Positions 40,855-52,895 of a DNA stretch of 64,000 nt are shown piece by piece (within the stretch, counting starts at the first letter, position 1; every line of letters starts with the position of its first letter). Origin of the DNA: Octopus sinensis (lineage: Eukaryota); assembly GCF_006345805.1 (NCBI RefSeq), contig NC_043007.1, positions 74,152,001 to 74,216,000 of the forward strand, given 5' to 3'. Under the pieces are notes generated by a model. That model did no database searches. It was not told the DNA's origin and saw only the letters and a list, made by a program, of their open reading frames with translations. Made by a program: the position numbers and the translations under genes.

Positions 40855-40903
<49 letters not shown>

Positions 40904-41238
40904 TATACACAAATTAGAAAAAAAAACACCTTTTATCAATTCAATAATGAAAAAATTAAATTATACAATTTAGAAAAATTACATATTATAGAAAGATTAA
41001 ATATAAGATAAAACATATAACAATGATTAAGTAATGTGTAAAATAATAAATAAAACGTATATATACGTTACCAAATATATACGTTTTATTTCTTATTTTA
41101 CACATTACTTAATCATTGTTATATATTTTATCTTATATTTAATCTTTCTATAAGATGTAATTTTTCTAAATGGTATAATTGAATTTTTTCATTATTGAAT
41201 TGATAAAAGGTGGAGTTTTTTTTCAAATTTGTGTATAT
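40904..41238. repeat. AT-rich near-perfect palindrome, ~160-bp arms, embedded in (TA)n
   Basis: tatacacaaatt...ccttttatcaattcaataatgaaaaaatt versus aattttttcattattgaattgataaaagg...aatttgtgtata, centred on gttaccaaat. Confidence 0.9.
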
Positions 41239-41328
41239 ATATATATATATATATATCATATTTTGTGAAATTTGATTTAGTATTTCTAAATTGAATTTTT
41301 CCCTGTAAGTTTGGAAACATATTCCATC

Positions 41329-41360
<32 letters not shown>

Positions 41361-41648
41361 CTCACGCCTGTTTCCTATTTTTTAGGAGGGGGTAGCCACA
41401 ACAAGACACACACCAGGAATTCCATTCATTTCCCAGCTCAAAAAGGCGAGCCTCCTCCTATGCTCGGGTCAAGGCATAGAACACAGTCCCCAATATCAGC
41501 AGCGGGGCCTGACAGCATGTGTTATATGGTGCAGGTAGTCTCAAGCTCAATCCCACTGCAGGGTATTTTGGGCAAATATCTTCTGCTATACTCCAGGTTG
41601 ACCAAAACCATGTGTGTGGATTTGGTAGATAAAAGCTGAAAGAAACCC

Positions 41649-41687
<39 letters not shown>

Positions 41688-41690
41688 GTG

Positions 41691-41723
<33 letters not shown>

Positions 41724-42087
41724 ATGCGTGTGTGTGTGTGTGTGTGCGTGTGTGTGTGTGTGTGCGTGTGTGTGTGTGTGTGCGTGTGTGTGTGTGTCTT
41801 GACATCACGTGATGGTTATAAACGAGCGTCGCTGTTATACAAGTAATTTTGCTTCTTTTCAGTCTTCTGTAATGAAAACACATGTCTGGTCTGGTCGTAG
41901 GGAAATATTACCTCACTCGGAAACGGGTGAGGGTTGGGGACATGAAGAGTGTCTGGTCATAGAACAAATTCCTCAACAAACATGGTACTTATTCTATCGG
42001 TTGTCTTTCGCCGAACCGCTAAGTTATGGAGACGAAAACACACCAATACAGCTTTTCAAGCGGTGGTGGGAAACACACACACGCACA

Positions 42088-42144
<57 letters not shown>

Positions 42145-42299
42145 CGGGCTTCTTTTTAGTTTCCATCAACCAAATTCACTCACAAGGCTCTGGTCGAGCG
42201 GGGCTATTTATATATATAGCAGAAGATATTATGCCTTTGGTGCCACGCGGAGGGATTGAACCCGGCACCATATGTATTATGTCTAGAAGGAAATAGGCA

Positions 42300-44570
42300 T
42301 ACGCTTGTAGTTAATATCGGATATGCCAAATAGTGTAATATAATGGATGACTGCAAGCCGTTGGTGCTGAAAGGTGCAGGGGTGATAACTCTGCTAAGGC
42401 TAGATTCGTTGGCAAGGGTGGTAACTGGGATTAGGTAAAAGGTTATCACTTCGAATTTCTTTGTGAGGGACATTACTAGCTGCTGTACGGTAAACAGTTT
42501 TTTCAGACAGGAATAGCTGGCAATTAAGCAAAAACTGGAGGATATGCATGGAAGTTTTGCTATTATTATTTTTAATACTTGTTAAGTCTGAAGAAAAGGA
42601 CAGGGGCCCAAGGACCATCGCAAGTCCTCCGAGATCCATGTAATTGAAGTTAATGTTTTGTTTGAACTGTTTTGGGGCAACTTCGTATGAGAAGTGAGGG
42701 AGGGAGAAATAAAGAAGGAGTAGATTACAGGGGGAATATGTTATGGGGGGAAAGAACTGCAAATGGTGGCTACTATATGGAGAGATGTGTTGGATGCACT
42801 AAGGTTGATGAGATATGGAAAAACAAGAGGTAACTGCAAAATGCTTGAGTTGTGGGGTTTGGAGACCAACCAGCTCTGGAGATCAGAGACCATTGTAATA
42901 GTGATAGAAAAGACAGAGAAAGGAAATAGCTTACCTGTGGGTTACAGGCTGGAGCATGCCTGTTAGTGATGGTTTGCCAAACAGCTGAGTGGACTTTCTC
43001 TGGGCACGATTCAGGATGTCAGTGTTTGTAGCAGTAATACTGAAAGCATGTGGCTTAGTGGTTAAGGGTATTCGACTCAGGATTGTAAGGTCGTGAGTTC
43101 ATTTCTTGGCAGCATGTTGTGTCCTTGAGCAAGACACTTAATTTCACACTACTCCAGTCCAATCAGCTGGCAAAAATGAATTGTAACTGTATTTCAAAGG
43201 GCCAGCCTTGTCACATTCTGTATCATGCTCAATCTTCTGAAAACTCCATTAAGATTATGTATGTCTGTGGAGTGCTCAGCCACTTGTACGCTAATTTCAT
43301 GATCTGGCTGTTTCATTGATCGAATCAGCTGGAATCCTCAATGTCGTAACAAAAAGAATTCCATCACTATCCCAGATGTAAGAGAAATAGTCTGTTGTGG
43401 GTTTCTCTTGGGCCTTACGGGATGAGCTTATCTTGCCTGTAGAGTGTCAACCACTGTTAGGGGCTAAAATATCTTCTGACCATAAAGAGAAGGGATAGTT
43501 TTCAAGATGCAGCCCTAGTTATGCTAAGGGTGTTTTCACCAAGAGATCTTTGCCTATAAGGAGGCCTGTCTTGTTGTGGGACATCGCTGGCTATAGGGAG
43601 ACCCACCTTGTATGGGACATTACTGGCTGCTTCATGATATGCAGTTTTTCAGGCAAGAATAGCTGGTAATTAAGTAAAAACTGGAAAAGGGAAATGCATG
43701 AAGGTTTTGTTTATTTTTTCAAATATTTTCTGAGTCTGAAGGAAAGGACAAGGCCCAATGATCATCACAGGCCCTCAGATGTCTTGCAAACAACTTGCAC
43801 GTGCAAGTGCTACCAGTTAAAAGCTCCGTATATCGGAAGCTAGCAAGTGTATGGGGTCATCAGGAGAGAATGCGCGCCGTTTCGGGGCCTACCTCTCAAC
43901 GGCATCAATGCGCACCGGCCCCCCTCACTGATATGAGGCCTCGCTTGCTAGATCAGCTGGTTATGAAAAACTCAATATACTTCTAGCCATCGCTCATCGT
44001 CTCTTTTTAACCAAATCCAGTGGCTAGCCTTCTCCACAGATTAATATGACTAATGTTGTTAATGATTGATGTTGTTAATTCAGAGTGACCGTGAGGGTTC
44101 CAGCTGAGTACTGCTCATGTTTACTGGGTATGCGAGCGTTTCCTTGATGATAGGGCTTAAGATATTTTCTTTGCTATCAGAAGAGACAAAGTAGATATGG
44201 CCCCTACTGATGGATGGATGCACTTGAGGTCCTGTTATTAGAATCAATGGAGGTTTGGTGTAAAATGGTTAGGTCACATGGTTTGGATAAGGTTGGACAG
44301 GATGAAGTGTTCTGTCAGTTTTATAAAGAGCGGATGTTGTTTGATGTGGCAGCCAGTAGGTCGCTGGTGTATAGAAAGAAAAGGAAGGTGGACAAAACGA
44401 AGTATTGGCAAACAGTAGGGTTGATTTGAGAGTGGGACAGAAAGAGCTCTGTCAACACATGCTGCAATGGTCTGATGTGATAGACAGCTACCAATCCAAG
44501 AGATGAGAAAGAGATTATTAGACTCTTTATTCAACCCCATACTATTTCTAGAGGAGAGGATGCTGTGACT
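42300..44570 (-). mobile_element. Highly decayed Penelope-like fragments, interrupted by SINEs
   Basis: Minus-strand frames GPLSFSSDLTSIKN...MHILQ...VYRTA.N...HPCQR resemble the PLE RT-to-GIY-YIG linker. The segment is duplicated at about 42480-42640 and 43630-43780. Confidence 0.5.
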
Positions 44571-45529
44571 AGTCATTCATAATATAAAATATTCTGAGAA
44601 AGAGAGGGAGAGACAGACAGACAGACAGAAAAAGAAAGTAAGTATGAAAGAACCAAACCTTGTTCCTGACTGATGCATATAGACTCAGATAGCTGGAGGG
44701 CACATGCATACATACATGCATGCATACATACAGGCATGCATACATACAGGCATACATACATGCATGCATGCATGCATACATACATACATACAACATACAT
44801 ACATACATACATACATACATACATACATACATACACATGTGTGTGCGTGTGTGGAGAAGGGGGCAGTTGTGTGGTTCAGAACCTTGCTCCCCATAATGGT
44901 GTGGTTGCTGGCTCAGTCCCACTGAGCAGTGCCTTCCACCAAGAAGACCCTCCCACTACACCAGTATTGATTCTGGTGCTGTGACCAGATAAAAAGCACT
45001 GGTACTGGTGCCACATAAAAAACTCTGGTGATGATGCCATGTTAAAACAAACTGATGATGGAGCCAAGTAAAAAGCACTGGTTTGGGTGCCATCTAAAGA
45101 GCACCCAGTATACTCTGAAAAGTGGTTTGTGTTAGGAAAGGCATCCAGCAGTAGAAACTATGACAAAACTGACTAGGGAACTTAGTGGGGCCCTTAGCCC
45201 TACCAGCTCCTGTCAAACCATCCAACCTATGCCAGCATGGAAAATGGACATTAAATGATGATGATGATATAAAATGCCAATTCAGCTCCCTACTTCTCAT
45301 CGCTCAAGAATATGGCCCTGAGATACATAAATATCTTCACTTGTCTCAGTGGTGTTCTACTGACAGGCAGAGTGCACTGGGATGGCTTTTTAATAGAACC
45401 AATGACTCAGTCTTTGCAAAATTAAATCTCATCCTTGCCTTCCAGCATTTTGCACAAAACCCATTAAGTATATGTAAATCACCTTCTGATGAGCCGAATA
45501 AAACCATGTCAACTGCAAGCATCAGCCAA

Positions 45530-46010
45530 CCTATTTTTTTATTCTCCACAAGGGGCTAAACATAGAGGGGACAAACAAGGACAGACATAGGTATTAAGTC
45601 GATTACACCGACCCCAGTGCGTAACTGGTACTTATTTTATCGACCCCGAAAGGATGAAAGGCAAAGTCGACCTCGGCGGAATTTGAACTCACAACATAAC
45701 GGCAGACGAAATACTGCTAGGCATTTCACCCGGCGTGCTAAAGTTTCTGCCAGCTCGCCGCCTTATTAATTGTGATTCCTATTTCTTTATTACCCACAAG
45801 GGGCTAAACATAGAGGGGACAAACAAGAACAGACATAGGTATTAAGTCGATTACATCGACCCCAGTGCGTAACTGGTACTTATTTTATCGACCCCGAAAG
45901 GATGAAAGGCAAAGTCAACCTCGGTGGAATTTGAACTCACGACGTAACAGCAGACAAAATACCACTTGGCATTTCGCCTGGCATGCTAATGTTTCTGCCA
46001 GCTCACTGCC
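45530..46010 (-). mobile_element. Two full family-C SINE monomers in tandem
   Basis: Repeated unit of about 247 bp, each followed by tt(a/g)ttaattgtgat. Confidence 0.8.
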
Positions 46011-46139
46011 TTGTTAATTGTGATACCATTCTCATAATGGCTGTGCATGTCAATCCATTTCATAAAAATTAGGAAAAGGAGAGGTAACAATGTGTATCCC
46101 TAGTAAAGTCCAACACCCATAGTGAAAGTCAGACTTTGT

Positions 46140-46800
46140 TATCTTCAATTCAGTTTTTGTGCCTATTCTCACCTATGGTCATGAATGTCGAGCCATGACT
46201 GCTTCATGCGATCACAAATAAAAACAGCCAAAATGGGGTTCCTCTGAAGGATCTCTGGAGTAATGTTACTTGATAAGGTGTGTTGTTCAAAGAGCAGGGA
46301 ATCTCTCCAGGTTGAGCCATTCCTTAGCATTGAGGATTTTTAACCAGTAACGTGAGAATAAAATACACCACTGCTTTCCCATTTATGAGCAGTGAGGAAA
46401 AATTAAAAACCTTAATTCTGTCTTCATACAATAAGTTGCTTAACTTGATAAGCAATTGTCTGGCTTTCCTTTATCGTTTATCTTTTACTTGTTTGAGTCA
46501 TTAGACTGGGGCCATGCTGATTAGATTGTTTTCAAATTTCATGGTCAAATGAATCTGTTGTGAGTGTTGGAGCCACTTTCCTGCATTGAGAGGTCACATT
46601 TTGCATTACTACAGACATGTGATTGGAATGTGACAGGAAAGAATTACAAGACGGATTCTTCAAGCCAAGCCAAGCCAACCAGCAGGAGACCTAGGGGTAG
46701 GCCAAGAATGAGAGGGTTGGATGATATCCATAGAGTCTGTTGCTTGCATTTGGGAATCCAGCAGAAAAGTTTAATGACGGTTGCTTCTGATAGGACTCTA
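46140..46800 (+). mobile_element. RTE-like LINE ORF2 C-terminal fragment
   Basis: PILTYGHE..AMT, KTAKMGFL.RISGV, AKPTSRRPRGRPRMR.LDDI. Confidence 0.7.
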
Positions 46801-46836
46801 TGAAGGAGGTGCCTAAAGGAATTGTAGACAGAGAAG

Positions 46837-46873
<37 letters not shown>

Positions 46874-46894
46874 TGTAATGTAGGTATGGTAAAA

Positions 46895-47890
46895 TCATCT
46901 GCAAGTTCCAGTGTTACAATCCAGTATGGTAACAAAGGATCTCTCCCTCAGATGAAAGGCAGATTGTACAATGCCTGCGTGCAAACAGCCATGCTGCACA
47001 GCAGTGAAACATGAGCTGTGACTGCTGAGGACATGCAAAGGCTTGAAAGAAATGAAGCTAGTATGCTTCCCTGAATGTACAATGTCAGTGTACATGTATG
47101 ACAGAGTGTAAGCATCTTGAGAGAAAAGTTGGGCATAAGAGGCATCAGATGTGGTGCACAAGAGAGATGACTGTGCTGCTATGGTCATGCAAAGCATATG
47201 GATGAGAACAGCAGTGTGAAGAAGTACCGATCTCTAACTCTGGAGGGAACCTGCAGAAAAGGTAGACCCAGGAAGATATAGGATAAGTTGATGAAGCATA
47301 ACCTTCAAACGTTGGACCTCATGGAGGCAATGACAAATGACCAAGAACTTTGATGATATGCCATGCTTGAGAAGACCAAGTGAAGCCAAGTGAAATCGCA
47401 GTCATAACCAATGCCAGTGTTGCATAACTGGTACATAAAAAGCACCCTTCGAATGTTGGGTGATATGCTGTGTTTGAGAGGACTTGTCAAGCCAAATGAA
47501 ATCATAGTTATGGCTGATGCCAGTGTTGCATACCTGGTACCAGTGGCATATAAAAACCACCCATCAAAATTTGGACCTCACAGAGACAATGACAAGTGAT
47601 CGAGACCTTTGGCAATATACTGTGCTTGAGAAGACCTGTCAAACCAAGTAAGATCATTGTCATGGCCAATGCTGATGTTTCATAACTGGTACCAATGCCA
47701 GTGGCATGTAAAAAGCACCCACTACTTGCTTGGAGTGGTTGGTGTCAGGAAGGGCATCCAGCCATAGAAATCATGCCAAATCAGACTGAAACCCAGTGCA
47801 GTTTCCCAGCTTACCAGCTCTCAGTCAAATCATCCAACCCATGCCAGCATAGAAAATGGACATTAAATGATGATGATGATGATGATATGC
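46895..47890 (+). mobile_element. RTE-like LINE 3' end with repeated 3' UTR and (GAT)n tail
   Basis: KGRLYNACVQTAMLHSSET.AVTAEDMQRLERNEASML and GTCRKGRPRK, followed by ...ccatgccagcatagaaaatggacattaaatgatgatgat. Confidence 0.8.
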
Positions 47891-49081
47891 AGTTGTTGTC
47901 ATTATTGTATTGATGTGAGGTGCATGTTAGAGTTGAACATTCTGAAAGTATTGTTTGCAGAGTTATATAACAAAACTGGACATTGGAAAAGCAAATAAAA
48001 CATGTATAATGGTAAATAATACTAAAAAAATTTCCAAGTCCCTATTATATATATATATACACATACATATATATATATACATACATATATATGTGTGCGC
48101 AGGAGTGGCTGTGTGGTAAGTAGTTTGTTACCAACAACATGGTTCTGTGTTCAGTCCCACTGCGTGGCACCTTGGGCAAGTATCTTCTACTATAGCCTCA
48201 GGCCGACCAAAGCCTTGTGAGTGGATTTGGTAGACGGAAACTGAAAGAAGCCCGTCGTATATATGTACATATATATATGTTTGTCAGTATATCTTTGTGT
48301 GTCTGTTTTTGTCCCCGCCAACATCACTTGACAACCGATTCAGGTGTGTTTACATCCCCATAACTTAGCAGTTAGGCAAAAGAGACCGATAGAATAAGTA
48401 CTAGGCTTCCAAAGAATATGTCCTGGAGTTGATTTGCTCGACTAAAGGCGGTGCTCCAGCATGGCCGCAGTCGAATGACTGAAACATGTAAAAGAATAAA
48501 AGTGTATAGGTGTGTGTTTGCGTGTGCACACGCATTCATCTAGTGCAATTTAAACTTAAAATTGCATGACAAATAACCAGTATTTATGACTCCATGTGTG
48601 TTCTTATTTGTTTTGTTGTATTTGAATAATTTGTTATGAATCCATCTTTGAGTATTTCACAGATTGTGTGTGTGTGTGTGAGTGTGTATGTAATATGAGT
48701 GCGTTGTTAGTTTACGTTTATGTCTTACCTACAGTGGTTGATATAGTTGTAGAAAAAGATAATGAAGATGTGACAATATAAGGTAAATCCATCAGTAAAT
48801 CCACTTCACCTTCTTATGAGGCTAATTCTCTTGAAATCTATGTGGAATTTACACCTCCCTGAGTTTAGTGCCTTGTTAAATACAAATAAATATTACCAGG
48901 TCATTGAACAGTGACAGAAAGAATCGTTTCTGCACAAGACAATATGTTTAGTGACATTTAGTGACATGCTGCTAAGTTGACTTTGCTATTCATTCTTTTG
49001 GAGTTGATATAATAAATGAAAAATAAACAATGGAATCGGTGTAATTGACTTCCCCTCACCTTTAAAAATTGCTGGTGTGGT

Positions 49082-49446
49082 TTGTTTGTTTGTTTGTTTG
49101 TTGAGCGAAGCGGCCTTCGTCTTTTGGGAGAAGTCCGAAATGTGGTCCTTTGCTATTCGTAAGACCTGCAGAAGAGAAAGCAGGTCAACCCCTCGACACC
49201 GAGAGCATCAACGGATGGATGAATGCGCATCCAGGCTCAGCGGTTGCATAGGAAGTCGGGAACAAGAGTGAGAGAAAGTTTGAGCAAAAGAGTACAACAG
49301 GGGTTTCCACCACCCTGTGCCAGAGCCACGTGGAGCTTTAGGTGTTTTTGCTCAATAAACACACACAATGCCCAGTCTGGGAATCGAAACCGCAATCCTC
49401 CGACTGCGAGTCCACTGCTCTAACCACTGGGCCATTGTGCCTCCAC
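49082..49446 (-). mobile_element. SINE: family-D head plus a unique body, (AAAC)n tail
   Basis: 12-bp TSD TGCTGGTGTGGT (49070-81 and 49447-58). Confidence 0.8.
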
Positions 49447-49884
49447 TGCTGGTGTGGTCCCCAAATTAGAGAAAATATCACTAATGCAGTATGTTTACAG
49501 AAACTGTTACAGTAAAATTAAGATCTAGTTTTGTCTTTTTTGTTCTTTCAAAACCAGAAATGAGGATGGAATATCAAAGGGCTTGGAGACGACATGGAGG
49601 GGATGAAAATGTCTTGATGCTATATTTTGGATTGGTGTCAGCAGGGATACCAAAGTGACATGAAGACATCCTGGAATCCTCTTTCTGTGATTTTGGCAAA
49701 AGTTCTAACCATGGGTCACTTGCTGGTTGACTCTTTATTAAATTACCTACAATCTATAAAGCAGTTGGTGTTAGGAAAGACATCTGGCCGTAGAAGCCAT
49801 ATTGAAGCAAACATGGGTGTCTGGTGCAGTCCTCTGGCTCACTAGTGCCTGCTAACCCATGTCAGCATGGAAAATGGCCGTTAA

Positions 49885-50140
49885 ATGACAGTAAGGATGA
49901 TGGTGATGGTGATGGTAGAGGTGGTGGTGGTTGTTGTTGTTGTTGTGGTGGTGGTGGTGGTGGTGGTGGTGATGGTGGTAGTAGTAGCAGCAGTGGCAAT
50001 AATGGTTATGGTGGTGATGGAAACGATGATGATGGTGGAGATGGTGGTAGTGGTGATGGTGATGGTGATGGTAGAGATGATAATGGTGGTAGTAGTGGAG
50101 ATGGTGGTTATGGTGGAGATGATGATGATGATGATGATGC
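49885..50140. repeat. Mixed GAT/GGT/GTT trinucleotide expansion on a LINE-type tail
   Basis: Directly follows ccatgtcagcatggaaaatggccgttaaatga. Confidence 0.8.
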
Positions 50141-51152
50141 TTAATTGATATGAGAAATAATACAAGATTGAGTTTAAAAAGCATAAAAATACGCTAAGAT
50201 TTTATACAAACATGAAATAATAAAAGTCTTTTTATGTTTTAAGTTTTAATTCATTGAGCTTGCCTTTACCTCTTACATGATTGTAAGTTGATAAAATAAC
50301 TGCACTAACATATCGTAGTTGATTTAATTGAATATTAGCAGTTCACCTTCAAAATTGGCTTCGTGCCTTATGAAAAGAAATCAATATTTTTAATATTAAT
50401 ATTAATGTTAATCAATAACATCATTAATATATCACAACATTATTCATGCAACTTTTTCCTCGTGTTGGTTTCTCAAACATCACCTACTGCTAATTACTAA
50501 TTAAGAAGTCTATTAAAAATAAATGTTGGTGTCATGCCAAAGGTAGTTGCACCGTTAATCAAGACAAAAATTAGTTAATTATTATACATTTAAACATAAA
50601 AGTAAAATTTAAATATCACGTATACTGTAGCAGTGTTCATAAAGTTAGCTATTTATTGATTTATCATATAGATTTAGGTCTTTTTATTGATTAACTCATC
50701 ATTTTTAATGTGTTACTACTCTCATCAAATTCTTTTGTCAACCAATAATGGAACTGTGTTTTCCTCCGCATGACTCACACTTAATACTCTGTTTTATATG
50801 TAAATAGCTTTTTATTAGTACTCTTATCTCAACAAAAAGAACTAAGTCTCCTTTGGATTAGTTTGTACATTAAATTTTATTCACCCATTTAGCATTGGTT
50901 ACTAATTCTCTTCAAATTGTCATGAAATTGCAGTTAAACCTAATAGAGAAAGAATTGGTTGTTTTCATTAAAAAATTATTTTTTAATACCTAAATTTTGG
51001 AGAAGTGTTACTACCTCTGTTAACTGAAAATATAAATTTAATTGATTTTTTTTTTTATAAATTTAATTCTTTAATTGAATTTTAAAGTGTGGAGAAGTTG
51101 AGATTCCCAAGCTTAGCTAAAAAGATAAATTGGTAAATAATTTTCATTTGTT

Positions 51153-51326
51153 AAAGTGGGGCTGTTCTTGCCTGAACACATATTCGGCCATGCTCAGCTG
51201 TATGTTGCAGTGTTAAGAACTTGCAGGTTATCTGATGTGAGAGATGTTATCAACACTGACAAACAAAGGAAAAGAAGAGAGAGAACTTACATGAAGAACA
51301 TAGTCTGCAAAGAAGTATTGGATTGA
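51153..51326 (+). mobile_element. Helitron Rep/Hel helicase C-terminal fragment 1
   Basis: KVGLFLPEHIFGHAQLYVAVLR...TYMKNIVCKEVLD*. Confidence 0.8.
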
Positions 51327-51593
51327 AATGTGTATTGGCTCTGACCCATTACCTTGGCTTATAAGTTACCAATGATGTGGTTTTCATCTTGTAACTTTAA
51401 GGTACCTCCAACACACCTTCACCATCATCTCCTCTCTTTTCCAACTGGGGTAACTATGCATCTCACCTATAGCAAAACACCTGTTTTTGTCCCTCTGTCA
51501 TACTTTAATCTCTTATCACCTGGCATAAAGTCACTTCTTTATCAGTTGAGGGGGTCTTGTCTGCAAGTGAATTGGTGACCTCACTAGAGCTAT

Positions 51594-51901
51594 GTGAAGG
51601 CACATGGCCTAGTGGTTAGAGCAGCGGACTCGCAGTCGAGGGATCGTGGGTTCAAATCTCAGACCTGGCGATGTGTGTGTTTATGAGCGAAACACCTAAA
51701 CTCCACGTGGCTCCGGCAGAAAGGAATGGCGAACTTCTGCTGACTCTTTCGCCACAACTTTCTCTCACTCTTTCCTTCTGCATCTTGCAGCTCACCTGTG
51801 ACGGACTGGCGTCCTGTCCAGGTGGGGAACCTATATGCCAAGGAAACCGGGAAACTGGCCCTTATGAGCCAGGCATGGCTCGAGAAGGAACAAACAAACA
51901 A
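51594..51901 (+). mobile_element. SINE: family-D head plus V-domain-like body, (AAAC)n tail
   Basis: 11-bp TSD ACTAGAGCTAT (51583-93 and 51902-12). Confidence 0.8.
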
Positions 51902-52629
51902 ACTAGAGCTATGCCAGATAAAAAGCATCCAATACACTCTGTAAAGTAGTTGGCATTAGGAAGGATATCCAGATGACGAAACCATGCCAAAGCAGACATT
52001 GGATGTTGACACAGACCTCTGGCTCGTCAGTTCACTTTGAGCCAACAAACCTATGCCAGCATGGAAAATGGGATGTTAAATTGCGATGATTTTGTTGGGT
52101 GAAGGATATGACTGTTGAGTGATAGATTAATGTGATACATTTACTTTATTCTTTTATTCGTTTCACTTTCATAAAGAGGGAAAGAGAAAAAAGGGTAAAA
52201 GAAGTGTCCATGATGTGAGGTAAAGGGAATTTAATTGCAATGCTTTTATGTGATTAGTTGAGGGAAAGAGAGAACAAGAGAAAGAAAAAGGAGAGAGAAA
52301 AAGAGGATAAGGTGAAGAGTGAGGCAGAAAGAGAGAGAAGGAAAAAGCGGGAGCGAGAAAAGACAGAGAGAGAAGTGTCCATGACATGTGGTAGGGGGAA
52401 CGCAATATTTATTACGTGGTTAAAAATGTTAGTTGAAGGTAGTGATATAGAGGAGAGTTAGGAATATAATTTTAGCAGAGGAGTGATGTTCTGATGGTGA
52501 GATTAAAGAAAGGTAGAGAGAGAGAGAGAGGTGGTGGTAGTGGTAGAGATGGTGACTGCATAGTAAAAAATATTTTTTTTTAATTGAACTAAGCTTTTTT
52601 ATATCACCTGTCACTTAATACATGTGCAA

Positions 52630-52895
52630 CCCAAACTTGCCATTCACTTTAGAATGAAATCAGTTTCCCATTTGCCTGTCATAAGCAATTACTATCAATA
52701 AATCATGAGGGCAGACATTTGATAAAGTGGAGCTGTTCTTGCCTGAACCCATATTCGGCCACGGTCAGCGGTATGTTGCATTCTCAAGGGCTTGCAAATT
52801 ATCTGATGTGAGAGTTAAAGTTATCAACACTGACAAACAAGGGAAAAGAAGAGGGAGAACTTACACGAAGAACATAGTCTGCAAAGAAGTATTGT
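52630..52895 (+). mobile_element. Helitron Rep/Hel helicase C-terminal fragment 2
   Basis: NLPFTLE*NQFPICLS*AITINKS*GQTFDKVELFLPEPIFGHGQRYVAFSR...TKNIVCKEVL, containing PIF1-like motifs V and VI (TINKSQGQT, HGQLYVA.SR). Confidence 0.85.

Larger units (their letters stand above)
39994..40857. mobile_element. Retrozyme/Penelope-type element: 361-bp hammerhead-bearing monomer, two inverted ~1.2-unit copies
   Basis: Period of 361 bp in both arms (39994/40355 and 40428/40789), near-identical arms, (TA)n flanks, one hammerhead fold per arm. Confidence 0.8.

Noticed and set aside
47330-47720. Regularly recurring motifs that could suggest a CRISPR-like array
   Set aside because: These are degenerate repeats in a LINE 3' UTR in a eukaryotic intron, with no constant repeat and unique-spacer structure.
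48735-48782. 48-nt exon-like segment (tacctacAG...AAG|gtaaat) in intron 2
   Set aside because: It has stops in all three frames and no NCKX homology. A poison exon cannot be supported without RNA data.
49824-50184. Gly/Asp-rich and poly-His ORFs
   Set aside because: They come from a trinucleotide expansion attached to a LINE-type tail.
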